Shown: positions 1-11,664 of the stretch, piece by piece
Position numbering within the stretch: the stretch's first letter is position 1
How the letters are laid out: each line of letters begins with the position of its first letter
DNA from: an uncultured Nitrososphaerota archaeon
Lineage (GTDB): Archaea > Thermoproteota > Nitrososphaeria > Nitrososphaerales > CADDZS01
Direction of reading: 5' to 3'
Length of the DNA stretch: 64,000 nucleotides
Assembly: GCA_963799845.1 (NCBI GenBank)
Contig: CAWCYI010000001.1
Span: 131,842-195,841, forward strand
Translations under genes and position numbers: made by a program
The notes under the pieces: model-generated
Databases searched by the model: none
Seen by the model: only the letters and a program-made list of their open reading frames with translations
What the model was told of the DNA's origin: nothing

Positions 1-140
1 GTAACTTTCGTCGCTTCAAGTTAGGCTCGATCGCAAGAAAAAAGTCGTACTACCAGGTAGAATGGATGGCAGGTCTCCATAGACTCTCATCCGATCTGGT
101 TTACATCATTCATCGATAAACTACTGATTCAGAGCGTTGT

Positions 141-1253
141 CTAACTGAATCTTGAAGGGAGATTGGGATCGAAAGCGAGCATCGCCTCACCCGTCGACTC
201 AGGAGACGCACCCGTGAGACTTGGCGAGTACGTTGCTGCAACGCTTCCGTCTGCTAGTTGAGATGCCCAAAGTGTGTCGATTATCTGTTGCAAAGTGGGC
301 TGCACATCAGGCCTCTGCCAGAAGTATGTACCGGTGCCATCCTTGCAACAACGTGCCACTACTATCGTAAAGTCAAGGCTTCTGGTTCTATACTGAGTAT
401 CATAAGGTGCGCCGAGCTGACCCGGGGTCCCTGGCTGCCACGAGTTTATCACGCTCAGAAAATCGGTTGTTGTTTGATCGACATTTCCCTGCAAGTATTC
501 TAGAAGCATTTTCGGTCCGAAGGTTTCCATTGCACTGGGCCCATTTGGTAAACAGACCGTCGGGAGTGCGGTTACTATTGGGTCGGGATCGCTGAGCGTA
601 TGTCCCGGGACGTACCAGATCTGCGAGGCAGTGTCCATGATACAGGTAAGCTTACCATACGATGGCGACAGTTTTCCGAAAAAGGTCTCGCGCCGATCTG
701 TACCGTTGTAACTCTCGCTCGATGGATTTGCTCCCAATGCAGGGTCTACGAATTGCGTATCGTTCAGATAATTTCTTACGGTTTGGTTTACTTGAGTAGA
801 AATTCCTTGTTGCGAGTTAAGCCAGTCGAGGGACAGTCCATGCTGGAAGTTGTTGTCGATTATTACCATTCCAGGATGGTAGCCGTCATTAAATGAATTC
901 CCAAACGAGTCGTCATAGCCGGGCCAGTTTCCTCCGCGCACCATTTGATAATTTGGGTCGAATCCATAGGTGTGGGACGTTTCTTCGCTCCATGGCTGCA
1001 TTAACCACGAACGCAAGCCTTCGACTTCATTCGCGTACCGCTCGTAAAAGAACTGATAATCGGAGGTATCGGCAATCGTTGCCGTGCTGCTACTTGTGAG
1101 CGTAGTGCCGCTGGTGGGTGTCGTGCTCGTCGTAGAAGATGAATTCGAAGGAGCCGGTCGAAGTCCCAAATAAGCAGCCGTCGCTGCGACAGCTGCAGCC
1201 GCGGCAATGCCACCGATAATAAAATTACGCCTTGATATCTTTGGTGTCTTCAT
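141..1253 (-). CDS. Tat-exported, membrane-anchored protein with a possible alpha/alpha-toroid (QW-like) C-terminus
   Basis: Likely start MKTPKISRRNFIIGG (twin-arginine motif), then a hydrophobic helix and an S/T linker. C-terminal LWASQLADGS resembles prenyltransferase/squalene-cyclase repeats. Confidence 0.7.
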   Translation of the reverse strand: MKTPKISRRNFIIGGIAAAAAVAATAAYLGLRPAPSNSSSTTSTTPTSGTTLTSSSTATIADTSDYQFFYERYANEVEGLRSWLMQPWSEETSHTYGFDPNYQMVRGGNWPGYDDSFGNSFNDGYHPGMVIIDNNFQHGLSLDWLNSQQGISTQVNQTVRNYLNDTQFVDPALGANPSSESYNGTDRRETFFGKLSPSYGKLTCIMDTASQIWYVPGHTLSDPDPIVTALPTVCLPNGPSAMETFGPKMLLEYLQGNVDQTTTDFLSVINSWQPGTPGQLGAPYDTQYRTRSLDFTIVVARCCKDGTGTYFWQRPDVQPTLQQIIDTLWASQLADGSVAATYSPSLTGASPESTGEAMLAFDPNLPSRFS

Positions 1254-1626
1254 TTGATTGAAATCAAACCTGCGAACTACAGAATTATGCGCGATTGCAG
1301 CTGAGAACTGAATCAAACAATTGCGAAGAGCCGACTAAAAAACAAAACTAATTCAGCGGTGCTGCTACACTTATTTGGGAGAGTTCCAGAAAGGATAATC
1401 CTCATAAGAGATCGGTTCTTTGAAAGTATGAAACGTATCCTCTCTTATTTGGATCCTCAATTACCCTTCGACGGCCTCGGACATATCAATCTATACAAAC
1501 CAGATTTGGCGCAAAAATGCCGATAGGGGAACCTAATCGCATTTTCGACTTGCTCTAACTAGATGTTGGAACGGATTTAGGGCAGGACCTTTGATCGACG
1601 ACGGATTTCTTGCAATGGGGTAAGTA

Positions 1627-1648
1627 TTTGCCCGAGGTCTCGGGCAAA
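1627..1648 (-). terminator. Perfect hairpin downstream of the Asp-box surface protein gene
   Basis: TTTGCCCGAG-GT-CTCGGGCAAA, 10-bp inverted repeat about 10 bp past the stop at 1658. Confidence 0.5.
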
Positions 1649-1657
1649 GACCTGTTA

Positions 1658-4414
1658 TTACTTGATTGTGATCGTTGCCGTGGCTGAATTTGTTCCATCC
1701 GAAGCAGAAACTGTGACTGATCCGGAAGCACCCGTTGGCACGACGAAAGTTGCCGTAAAGCTTCCAGTAGCGTCGCTTGTAATTGGAGCCGGGCTGGTAG
1801 TTATTGAAGATCCTCCAAACGTGACTGTTATTGTGGAGCTCGCAGCAAATCCATTTCCGGTGATCGTGACTATCGATCCAACCCTTGCAGGTTTCGGTGA
1901 CAGGGCTATGTTTGGGACTACCGTGTATTGCCCCGAGGCACTGTTTCCAGACGCATCAGTTGCGACTACACTGTGCTTGCCGGCAGTAGATGGGGGAATA
2001 GTGAAGGTCACGGCGTAATCACCCAGTGAATCCGTTGTGGCAGTATTCAGAGCACCGCCGTCATATGTAACAGTCACCAGCGAGTCGGCAGCAAATCCGG
2101 TTCCTGTCATAGTGGCGAGTTTGCCGGTTGCTCCCTTGACGGGAGTGTAACTGAAGCTCGGTACTACTGTAAATGTGCCCGTTGCAGTGTCCAAGCTAGA
2201 GTCTGTAGCCGTTATTGTGTGGGCTCCCGCGACCGAGTCCTGGACGGTGAAGACATAACTGAATCCGCCCGAGGAGTTCGTCGGAACTGATGGGTTTATT
2301 GACGAGGAGTCATAGGTCAGCGCGACTGCAGAATCCGACGCAAATCCGGCTCCCGAGATGGTTACTGAAGTTCCGGTTGCGCCTTTAACTGGCGAGAGAG
2401 TAATCTTCGGCGGGCTCATGTTGAAGTTCGCGGATGAAGTATTTCCAGTAGAGTCAGTCGCGGTCACCGTGTAGGTGTTGGGGGCCATATTCGGTACTTG
2501 GAAAGAGGCTGGGCCAAAATCTCCAAGTGAATCTGTCGTTATCGTCGACGGAGTAGTAGTCGTCGCGGAGCCACCGAAGGTTACGCTCACTTGTGAACTT
2601 GCAGCATAACCGTTTCCCGATATTGTTATCGTGTTTCCCGATTGACCCTTAGAGGGCGAAATGCTGACACTAGACAGGACGTTGAAATTCTGGGATAGCG
2701 TATTTACACCATCGGTCGCACTGAATGTATGAGAACCAGCGACTGAAGTCGGTATCGTGACTTGTGTTGAAAAGCTTCCGGTTGAAAGAGAAGTTGGCGT
2801 AGCTACCGTGGTTCCATCAAATTTCACAGTTATCACAGTTGAGGGCTTGAAATTGGAGCCGCTCACGTCCACCGAGGTTCCAACCGCTCCCCTGACGGGC
2901 AACGCACTAAACTGAGCCGGGTAGTACAGTTGGCCACCAGTTTCGCTGAAATAAACTTGGAAGTTGGACGCAGCCGAGTCCTGCCAGACAACATAGACAT
3001 TGCTTCCCGAAACCGAGAAGGTTACACTGGTGTCGTCAGTTATCGGTCCCGCAGTCCCATCGGTTGTTACGGGAGACTGGGCATAGAAAGTTTGTCCGCC
3101 GTTGTTGCTGTAGGAAACGTAAACCCCGCAATCACCGTTTCCGGTGTCTGTTAGATTCTCACCAGAGCCAACGAGGCAGTTGCTTTCATAAGCCATCGCC
3201 ACAGTGGTGCCCGAGATTCCCACGCCGTTTGTCCACCCCGTAATTTGGGGATTGTTGCTAACGGACATTGGAACAGAGGTTGATCCGATTGCAGGAGTCC
3301 AGGTAACGCCTGCATTATTACTGTACATGTAAAACACGTTTCCTTGTGGGGAGTAGGGTAGAGTATGATCTCTCATTGAAATATAGACTGTGTTTCCGAC
3401 GGCAGCATCCTCGACTTCCCAATCACCCGTGCCATTGGGAAAGAGGTTTATCTTGTCCTTCGACCACGTCAAGCCGTAGTTTGTGCTGATGCTAATGTAG
3501 GCGTGGTAATTCGTGTTTGCCGGGGTGGATCCATATCCTGAATTATCGTTCCAAGTTACGTAGACGTTTGGTCCTGAGGCGGCAATCCAAGGCTCACGGA
3601 CATCGCCCTTGTTTCCTGGTTGGTTCAGATTAACTGCCTTGCTCCAGGTGGCTCCCCCGTTTGTCGTTCCCGAAAACCAAGCCCCATTCCTATCCCAAGT
3701 GGCGTATGCATCATTTCCCCAGGCCGCGATCTGGGGTTCGGTTCCCTGTGAACTGCCAGCATTTAGCTGAAGGGGTGGCGCCAACCACGTTGCTCCGTTG
3801 TTGTTGCTAGAGTATACCCATATTGATTGAGTACTGCCCGAAGTTTCATGGACGATGACGTATACGTTATTTCCCGCAGCCGCAATGAAAGGAACATCAG
3901 ACTGAACCGTACTCGGTGTCAGAGCGACCGACGGGCTAAAACTAACTCCGTAATTATTGCTTATTGCGATGTAAACCTGGCTGATGGAATTGACGGTTTG
4001 TTGCCAAATGACGTAAACGTAGCTACCGTTTACGGCCATAACAGGGTAGCTTGAAACCCCTGCATTGGTGCCCAGAGCGAGTGCCTTTGAGCCAATTGGA
4101 GGGCTCCAAGTCAGACCATTGTTGGGACTTGACCTAAACCAAACGCCATTACTTTCTTCAGTCCAAGCGACATAAACGTTATTTCCAATTGATGCCACCC
4201 AAGGGAACTTTGCTTGTTTGTTGTCTCCACTAAGATTGATCGGTGTAGTAAAGCTGACAAGTGCTTGTCCTCCTGAAGTAGACGACTGGGCACCTGTTGC
4301 CGCACTGGCCGCAATGACCAGCAGGGGTGACAATAGAGCGATAACAAATCCTAAAATCAAAAGATCGGATTTAGATCCTTTTTTGTTTGACAATTTTCCA
4401 CCGAAGTAAAACAA
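1658..4414 (-). CDS. Secreted BNR/Asp-box (sialidase-like) beta-propeller with ~5 tandem Ig-like (IPT/TIG-type) repeats
   Basis: Signal peptide; seven Asp-box-like motifs (SPNNGLTW, SNNYGVSF, SNNNGATW, TTNGGATW, STNYGLTW, SNNAGVTW, SNNGGQTF); ~85-aa repeats 'LSPxKG..G..VTISG.GF'. Confidence 0.85.
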   Translation of the reverse strand: MFYFGGKLSNKKGSKSDLLILGFVIALLSPLLVIAASAATGAQSSTSGGQALVSFTTPINLSGDNKQAKFPWVASIGNNVYVAWTEESNGVWFRSSPNNGLTWSPPIGSKALALGTNAGVSSYPVMAVNGSYVYVIWQQTVNSISQVYIAISNNYGVSFSPSVALTPSTVQSDVPFIAAAGNNVYVIVHETSGSTQSIWVYSSNNNGATWLAPPLQLNAGSSQGTEPQIAAWGNDAYATWDRNGAWFSGTTNGGATWSKAVNLNQPGNKGDVREPWIAASGPNVYVTWNDNSGYGSTPANTNYHAYISISTNYGLTWSKDKINLFPNGTGDWEVEDAAVGNTVYISMRDHTLPYSPQGNVFYMYSNNAGVTWTPAIGSTSVPMSVSNNPQITGWTNGVGISGTTVAMAYESNCLVGSGENLTDTGNGDCGVYVSYSNNGGQTFYAQSPVTTDGTAGPITDDTSVTFSVSGSNVYVVWQDSAASNFQVYFSETGGQLYYPAQFSALPVRGAVGTSVDVSGSNFKPSTVITVKFDGTTVATPTSLSTGSFSTQVTIPTSVAGSHTFSATDGVNTLSQNFNVLSSVSISPSKGQSGNTITISGNGYAASSQVSVTFGGSATTTTPSTITTDSLGDFGPASFQVPNMAPNTYTVTATDSTGNTSSANFNMSPPKITLSPVKGATGTSVTISGAGFASDSAVALTYDSSSINPSVPTNSSGGFSYVFTVQDSVAGAHTITATDSSLDTATGTFTVVPSFSYTPVKGATGKLATMTGTGFAADSLVTVTYDGGALNTATTDSLGDYAVTFTIPPSTAGKHSVVATDASGNSASGQYTVVPNIALSPKPARVGSIVTITGNGFAASSTITVTFGGSSITTSPAPITSDATGSFTATFVVPTGASGSVTVSASDGTNSATATITIK

Positions 4415-4849
4415 CCTATCTAATTTGAAAAATAAGTATTAGAGCCTTGTCAGGGATTTCGAAAAATGCGATCGCTCAATATCAGAACTCGATAGTTCGA
4501 ATTTCGAGTGATACCTCAGACATGGAGAAAGAAAAACGAGAGGGGAATTTTTTGTGCCACTCTCGGCGATGAACTGCCTCTTGATCAGGAACAGCACTTC
4601 GTCAAAAAAATAGTGTTGCTGGTCTACAGGCGTTGTTTTGTACTAACTGACTAAATGTGAAATAAAGTATCGATGATAGCAATTTAATAGGCAATGCTAG
4701 AGAATGAGAATCTTCGGGCCTATCGCAGTAAAATGTAGCTATCTAATGATTAACGAGAAAGGACTATCTCCGGCCTTTCCAAAAAGAAAGTTATTTTATG
4801 GTTTCAACTAGGCGCGTTTCGGATTTCCTCAGATTAACTCAATTCGATC

Positions 4850-5426
4850 TCATGTTATTTTTCTCTTGGGTTTAATGTTCTGACTAAAGTTCGTCGTACT
4901 TGGGTTCCAAATTACCAGAAACAAACCGATCGCTCCTAACCCCAGTAATCCTATCCCTATGGTGCGGTAAGGGTGTTTTTCAGTTAGGATTGTCGTGTTC
5001 GTGTTTGCTGGAGCGTAAACCGCTAGCGATCCGTTGACTGAAACAACGGAAACCCCATGATTAGCTGAGCTGGCTGGTAATGGCTCCGCTCGATGTAAAG
5101 GGGAGGGATGCATTGAGGCTGCTGCTAGAATCATTGAAAAGCAAAATTCTTCCACCCGCGTTTACCAGATTCAGCCAAATCGTGACTGTTAGATTGGAAC
5201 TTGAGATTACAGCGAGATTAAACCAATCGCCCTGCAATACCGCGCAATTATCCTGGATCGATTGATTTGGGTTGACGTGAACTGTGTACTGAAAATAGCA
5301 AACTTGCCTCTCTGTGTCATAACCATAAAAGACTGGATCGAGAGTGGTCTCTATCACTAACACGATCCCCACTATGATGAGAATCACAAGCACCAAAGCG
5401 GAGGCGGATCTCGAGCGGGAATTCAT
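4850..5426 (-). CDS. Small membrane protein with N- and C-terminal TM helices, frameshifted near 5065
   Basis: ORF 5061-5426 (N-terminal TM) joins ORF 4850-5155 (C-terminal TM 'IGIGLLGLGAIGLFLVIW'). Confidence 0.6.
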
Positions 5427-5644
5427 TCCGTTGCACTGCTCCTTTCAATGGCACTTTTAAGAGATATGAGAGTTTTTTTTGGGGTGATGTATTACAAATC
5501 GATCTTTGGGCGCTCTCAAGTCTGCACATCGTACATTCGATCAAGGGTTGACTCATTTTTCGAATTTGTGGAAAATTTCTGAAAACTGGAAATTTGATAA
5601 TTAATTAACCTTATAACTCATTTGTAGAAATAGCTGCATTCAGC

Positions 5645-8005
5645 GTGCGCTTGTTGAATAGGTCTATTGTTCTGGGACTTTTTTTGCTTCTTGTTCTTTT
5701 ATCCCCTAGTTTTCTCCAGTATCTCCCTTCCCCTGTCTCAACAAGCAATATCGGGTTTCGTTCGGATGCTCAATTAACACCTAGCGGGAACTGTTTTCCA
5801 AATGGTCCCGTTGTCCTTACAAACGCTACTATATGGCAAAATCTACAATGCATACACTCAGGGAGCATAACTTTCAATGGGTCTGCCTCTCTTTCTATGA
5901 TCAATTCCAGTCTTGTCCAGGAAGTGGTCAATGCCACACCGAGCGATTTCATACTCGCGGGTTTTTCGGTACTGGACATGGTCAACTCTACTCTCAATCT
6001 TGGCGGGATAGGTGCGCTCGAAGTTACTGGCAATTCGAGCGTAGGTATGGTTACTTCGGGCCTCGTTAATTCGAGCATTGTTATGAGCAATGTTGGAAAT
6101 CTTGATGTTAACAATACATCGATCCTTAGTTTGGATGGGTTGAATTCGACTAGCCTAGGAACTGTTGATTTTGTATCATCAAGGATAAGCCTCGCGCCCC
6201 AATCATTCACGTTCGTTAGTGGAACCACCCTTGTCCCGATAAAAGAAAGGGGAGATGCGATTCTTCAAGGTAATACCACGTTTGAGTTGAACCAAGCGGT
6301 TTTTGAAGCTGATAATTCTTCGGCAGTACTTTTGAATTCTGCCCATATTCTTGTCCTTGGCTCTCAAATTATGAACAGCAATATTTCGAATTTCGCGATT
6401 GGTAATTCGACTCTTCCAAACGCACAAACCACTATTGTGAATTCGAACATACAAAGCGCCCTAACCACGAATGTCACTGTCGGTGCTCCAGGACCTCTTT
6501 CGACGACAGAGATCTCATCTAGCACTGTCTTATTCAGCAATTCAGGCTCCGTGTCCGCAGCGATTTATGGTACGCAGGTACTCACTTTGTCCAACTCGAC
6601 AGTTACTTCGCTGGTGAGTGCGACTACCAGATCCCTTGGCAGTCTTGCATTGGTCGGTGGCTCTGTTTCTATTTTACAGAGCACAGTTCAATCATCAGAC
6701 TTTGAGTTCTACGGTTACTCGCCCGTTTCAACCTCAAGTCTTGTAATCAACTCGACTCTTTTCTTCAACCTGATCTCGAGCAAGTTGATCTCTGGAGAGG
6801 GAACCCAGACTGGGATTTATGAGACTGCCCACGTTACTTTGAACGCTGGAGCTAACATGACGGTCGAAGGTTCTCTAATACAATCTGAATCTCTTGGAAA
6901 TTCCAGTGTTACCCTTAGATCAAGCCAACCAACAAACATCATACACAATATGACTCTCACTCAGGCGATAATTCAGACCGGGACGAATCCCTCCAACATC
7001 ACATTTTCAAGCGGATATGGTTTATTGTTCAACAGGACTCAAATAATCACAAACATCAATTCCACTATCGCGATAAACGCTTACCAGCTTGTTTCATACA
7101 ACTCATTAATTCCTACGAACATTACCGTCGGAACTTCGATCGCATTTGCTTATCTTTACAATACGACGGTAAGTAGTGTGGTTGGTCTGAAGACCGGTAT
7201 CTATCAAAACTATGGCTTCCTCTTCGTCAAGGTTGTTTCAAGCTCTTCCTCTCAAGCGCCAGTTCCCTTTGCAAAGGTGGTGCTTCTTAATCCTGCCTCA
7301 GGTTCTGTAGCCTATTCGGGACTAACTAATGCGAGCGGTTGGGCGGAATTCACGGTTCTTCAGGCTGTTGCGAATTCGACCGCCAGTCAAAACAGGACTT
7401 TTTATGTGGCCCAAGCGTCGAGCGGGCCTTCGACCTCAAATGAAGCATACTTTAGCTCCAATAATACTTCTTTCTTGAATCTTGCCCTAAATCCATCGAT
7501 CTCTGGGAGTAACTCGCAACTTGGCTACTACACCTATCCTATCCAATTCGCGGTCGGGGCCCCGCAGACATTTGTGGGAATTCGTACCAACGCTTATCCC
7601 CTAAATTTCGTAAACAATGCCTCTTTCAGTCAGCTCGACTTTGATACGATTGGACCTTTAGGCCCTAACTACACTTTTACTATAGTTTACCCTGCGAATT
7701 TTACTACGACGCAACTAACGGTGAAAGTTGATCAGATTCCACTCAAAAGCGTCAAGATCACGTCCAACAGTACATACTATTTTGCTTCGTTCTCAATACC
7801 ATCTGGTCCGCACCAGATCACGCTCACGTATTTATCACCAAACGGTTATTTCAATTACCAACAAAATCCAATTCTGAATCCATCGATTGCTGTGATCGCC
7901 GCGGTCGTTCTAATTCTGATATTCGGCACGGTATTCATCGTTTACTACGTTCGGAGACAGAACCAGGTAATACAGTCTCACCCGGAATCCACGAGCAACT
8001 CCTGA
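5645..8005 (+). CDS. Large S/T/N-rich cell-surface glycoprotein (beta-helix-like repeats, C-terminal TM anchor)
   Basis: Signal peptide, more than 25 NxS/T sequons, C-terminal TM followed by RR, upstream TTATAA box. Confidence 0.8.
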   Translation: MRLLNRSIVLGLFLLLVLLSPSFLQYLPSPVSTSNIGFRSDAQLTPSGNCFPNGPVVLTNATIWQNLQCIHSGSITFNGSASLSMINSSLVQEVVNATPSDFILAGFSVLDMVNSTLNLGGIGALEVTGNSSVGMVTSGLVNSSIVMSNVGNLDVNNTSILSLDGLNSTSLGTVDFVSSRISLAPQSFTFVSGTTLVPIKERGDAILQGNTTFELNQAVFEADNSSAVLLNSAHILVLGSQIMNSNISNFAIGNSTLPNAQTTIVNSNIQSALTTNVTVGAPGPLSTTEISSSTVLFSNSGSVSAAIYGTQVLTLSNSTVTSLVSATTRSLGSLALVGGSVSILQSTVQSSDFEFYGYSPVSTSSLVINSTLFFNLISSKLISGEGTQTGIYETAHVTLNAGANMTVEGSLIQSESLGNSSVTLRSSQPTNIIHNMTLTQAIIQTGTNPSNITFSSGYGLLFNRTQIITNINSTIAINAYQLVSYNSLIPTNITVGTSIAFAYLYNTTVSSVVGLKTGIYQNYGFLFVKVVSSSSSQAPVPFAKVVLLNPASGSVAYSGLTNASGWAEFTVLQAVANSTASQNRTFYVAQASSGPSTSNEAYFSSNNTSFLNLALNPSISGSNSQLGYYTYPIQFAVGAPQTFVGIRTNAYPLNFVNNASFSQLDFDTIGPLGPNYTFTIVYPANFTTTQLTVKVDQIPLKSVKITSNSTYYFASFSIPSGPHQITLTYLSPNGYFNYQQNPILNPSIAVIAAVVLILIFGTVFIVYYVRRQNQVIQSHPESTSNS

Positions 8006-8016
8006 AGCGTCAAGTC

Positions 8017-10298
8017 GTGGCAATTTCTTTGGTGAATTGGTCCATTCGCAAGGACTTCAGAGGAAATCAAAGATTTGGATTCTCCCGACGACTATTCACC
8101 GTTGCAATTTTGCTGTTCTTGGTGTTTGCTTTTTCAAATCCTTTTTTTTCTTCAATCACTTTTTCCCGTTCAAGCCCTGTGTTGCGGGTATCGGCTGATT
8201 CTACGCCAATTTGGCCGACTTTTCAGCACGATTCGCAGAGGTCATCTCTCTCCTCTTTCCTTGGACCAACGTTCAACACCACAGACTGGGTCTTCGGTCC
8301 AACCGGGGCGATCACGAATTCTCCTGTTATTGGCGCGGACGGTACGGTTTACGTCGTTGACTCTAACTCTACTCTTTTTGCAATAAACCCTGATGGATCT
8401 CTAAAATGGGAGAAGACGCTTACTGAGAATCTCTTTACTCCCGTCATCGCGCCCAGTGGCGTGATTTATGTGCCGGGTACTCGGCATCTGTACGCTTTCA
8501 ACCCGGATGGAAGTTCGCCATGGGCAGCGCCGTACAACATTTCCTCATCGAGGGGAAGCGAAATCGCAGTCTCGCCGACAGGGATTATTTTCGAAATAGA
8601 CTCCAACGGTACGCTTCATGCCATCAACCCTCTGAACACTATTGCCTCCTCCATTTGGACTACAAACGTCGGCTGCATACCCTCATCTCTCGCAGTAAGC
8701 TCTTCCGGAAACATTTACTGCGGAACGGGTGAAAATGGAACAACCGCACTCCTGTATTCGATAGATTCTAACGGACATATCATGTGGTCTCTCCAGACAA
8801 AGTCGCCTGTATCGATTCCGCCCGCTGTCTATGGAAACGGAACAATCTACGCAATCACCAGCGGCGGGGAGATCTTAGCGATAAGTCAATTCGGAATTGA
8901 GCTGTGGAGCATTTCCACCGTGCATATGGAAGAAACTTCTCCGGTCATCGGCCCGGACGGGACCATCTATGTTGCGGGGAGTAACGTTGCCGGCCAGTCT
9001 GTCCTCGTCGCAATTTCACAAGCGGGGACGATCAATTGGTCAGAGTTTTGCTTCAAGGAAGGCAGCTCCTCGCTTTGCATTCCTTTCGGGACTGTAACCA
9101 GCATGGCGATAGATTCTACGGGCACAATCTATGTCGGTACGAATTCATCTGGTTTGTTTTCTATAACATCGCAAGGCGGATTGCAATGGTCTTATGCATT
9201 TCAAGGTAGTGAGGGCTCAGTATCACCCCAAGCAATTGGTGCCAATGGCACAATTTTCGTCGGGACAAGCTGTTTGTCTTGCAACAGGACATCCGGTCAC
9301 GTCTATGCGATTGGAAGGCCAGCCGGATATTCGCTATTTTCTGTTTCAGAGTCCGGCCTGCCTATCGGCACAGGATGGTCGTTTCTGGTAGCTGGCAGAA
9401 ACTACACAACATCCGCTGCCTCTCTCTTGTTTTCTTTACCATCAGGCAATTTTAGCTGGGTAGCTCCCCCTTCCGAAGTATTTCAAAGTCCTGGAGTGAG
9501 ATATTCCCCTGCCGTTTCCTCAGGCTCGGTTGGGGTGCCATCGACGCAAAGCTTGAATTTTGTCTATTCGGCGCAGTACCAGCTCAATTTGACTTCTTCT
9601 CCCGTCACCGGTGGAATAGTTAATGAAAGCTCTGGTTGGTATCAGTCAGGATCGATGGTTGCAGTGGTGGCTGTTTCGTACAGCGGTTACCAGTTTGGAA
9701 GCTGGCAGACAACGTCACCGTCGCTTTCTATCACAAATTCGACTGGTTCGGAGACGAGTATTTTTGTGAAGGGACCAGGAACAGCTTGGCAGTTTTCAAT
9801 CCGTTTATCACGATTAGTGCGGGAACGGGCGGATCTCTGGTCTACAATGATCCTCCTTTTGTGGGCTCCCTGCAGTCAGGACGATCGGTTTCATTTTATG
9901 CTCCGAGTATTTCCATTATTTTGTTGTCGGTAGTTCCGGCGTCTGGATACGATTTCAAAGGTTGGGTTTCGGTTAACGGATCTGGATTTGACGCGTCGTC
10001 TTCAAATCTCGAAATTCATGTCAGAAATCCGATGTCCCTTACTGCGGAGTTCACACCTGCTCCGATTACTACCTCAGTAACGAGCTCAATCCAGACTCCA
10101 ACTAGTCAAACTACCTCGATCCTTTCTACCACCACATCCAGCGCAGTCGTTTCGGTTCCCAGTAAGGGAGTTCTTCCCATTCAGAATTGGGGACTCATTT
10201 TCATGGTTGGTCTGTCTCTAGTATTGCTCATTCTCTTGGGCCTCACTGCGGCTTTAGGCCTAGGCTATTTGAAAATCTCGATCCGAAAAAGCTCCTGA
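8017..10298 (+). CDS. PQQ-like (BamB-type) beta-propeller surface protein with archaeal Ig-like repeat and C-terminal TM, frameshifted near 9785
   Basis: WPTFQHDSQRS start, repeated 'SPVIGxDGTIYV...LYAINPDGxxKW', a 'FSVSESGLPIGTGW' repeat; the 9636-10298 frame supplies the S/T linker and TM. Confidence 0.8.
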
Positions 10299-10629
10299 TT
10301 GCCGGTAAGATTGCTCCGAACGATCTAACTCGAACAATCAAGACTTTTCCTCAAATTTCTGTCGTCGTCAACGCGGGAGGATTGCACCATAGAAAGCGAC
10401 TGGGCTCGGAGTACTTTGTTACGACCATGTGACGTATCGGGACATATAGGTAAGACCGCCCCTTACACATTCTCAAGATTTTTTCGCGTTGCATACATTC
10501 ATCTGAACAACTATATTTTGCGGATTGAGGATCCCAAGGAATGATTAGCATTCTATGATTCCCTTAGTTTCTTTGGAATGATAAGTATCACCTTATCCTG
10601 CACAAATCAGCTGGAAGAGTAGAATAAGA

Positions 10630-11664
10630 TCAGAAATTCTTTTTGGATATCATTACGGGTTTTCCCCCATCCTTTGCGGAGGCGCGAATTGCTTCGAGCA
10701 TTTCCGCAGTCCTCAACCCGTCTTCAACCGTGCAAAGAGGCTCCTCCTTCCCGAGTAAAGAATTTATGAAATTCCTCGCGGGGTTTGACCTCGGCGGAAG
10801 CATCCTCAGTGGGCGCTGAATCGAATAGTTATCCTGATCGATCATCTCGAACGAACTATTCGCCGCTTGGTAGTGCTCGTCGTAGTTGAAACGACAGATG
10901 ATTTCACCTAAATCTCCGTAAAACCTTACTTGCTCATGCCACTCGGGTGCGCTCCCAACCAAGCTGATACTAGCCGAAGCACCGCTGCTATATCTCAGAA
11001 ATATGGTTGCGTTTACGGGAACTTCCGAAGACAGGTTATCAGTCCTTGCGATAACCTCCTCGACCTCAGAACCAGAGATCCATTGTATCGCATCGATTAG
11101 ATGACTTCCAGAGTCTGCAATGTATCCTAATTCATTATACTTTGGATCGGTCCTCCAAGTCCCGAGCTTGTCTCTGAACCATCCCTGGGTCTGAATTGCA
11201 TTGATGTAGTGGAGCTCACCCAATTCACCACTGGCGATAACCTGCCGAGCATGCTCGTAGGTGGGCTCGGTATGCCTCTGATAACCGACCATGACGAGCT
11301 TCTGTTTCGTCTTTGCGAGATGCGCGATCTCCCTCGCTTCCGCGGCACGTGAGACCATGGGTTTTTCGATCAGGACGTCAAGATTGTTTTGGAGCGCGGA
11401 AACTGCTTGCTCGTGGTGAAGCGAGTGTGGTGTAACTATGATGACTGCGTCGAGACCGCCAGCGGCTATCATGTCTCGATAGTCCTTGAATTCACGCACC
11501 CCATCGATCCAAGGTGCGATCTTCTTCAGCCTCTCAATCGCAGCTGGATCCACGTCCGAAACTGATACAAGTTTGCAATCCTCGAGGAGCTGCAGATGTC
11601 TCAGATGCTCTCCGGCCATGAACCCGCAGCCGATGAGTCCTAGTCTCACGATCTTGTCCGGCAT
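10630..11664 (-). CDS. Gfo/Idh/MocA family oxidoreductase
   Basis: GLIGCG Rossmann motif, EKPM, DSGSHLID. Confidence 0.92.
   Translation of the reverse strand: MPDKIVRLGLIGCGFMAGEHLRHLQLLEDCKLVSVSDVDPAAIERLKKIAPWIDGVREFKDYRDMIAAGGLDAVIIVTPHSLHHEQAVSALQNNLDVLIEKPMVSRAAEAREIAHLAKTKQKLVMVGYQRHTEPTYEHARQVIASGELGELHYINAIQTQGWFRDKLGTWRTDPKYNELGYIADSGSHLIDAIQWISGSEVEEVIARTDNLSSEVPVNATIFLRYSSGASASISLVGSAPEWHEQVRFYGDLGEIICRFNYDEHYQAANSSFEMIDQDNYSIQRPLRMLPPRSNPARNFINSLLGKEEPLCTVEDGLRTAEMLEAIRASAKDGGKPVMISKKNF

Noticed and set aside
1658-2950. Periodic sequence that could be mistaken for an array
   Set aside because: Degenerate protein-level Ig repeats, not identical DNA repeats with spacers; no CRISPR array seen anywhere in the window.
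10351-10551. 66-aa ORF with YSCSDEC (YHS/TRASH-like)
   Set aside because: Only half the motif is present and there is no other support.
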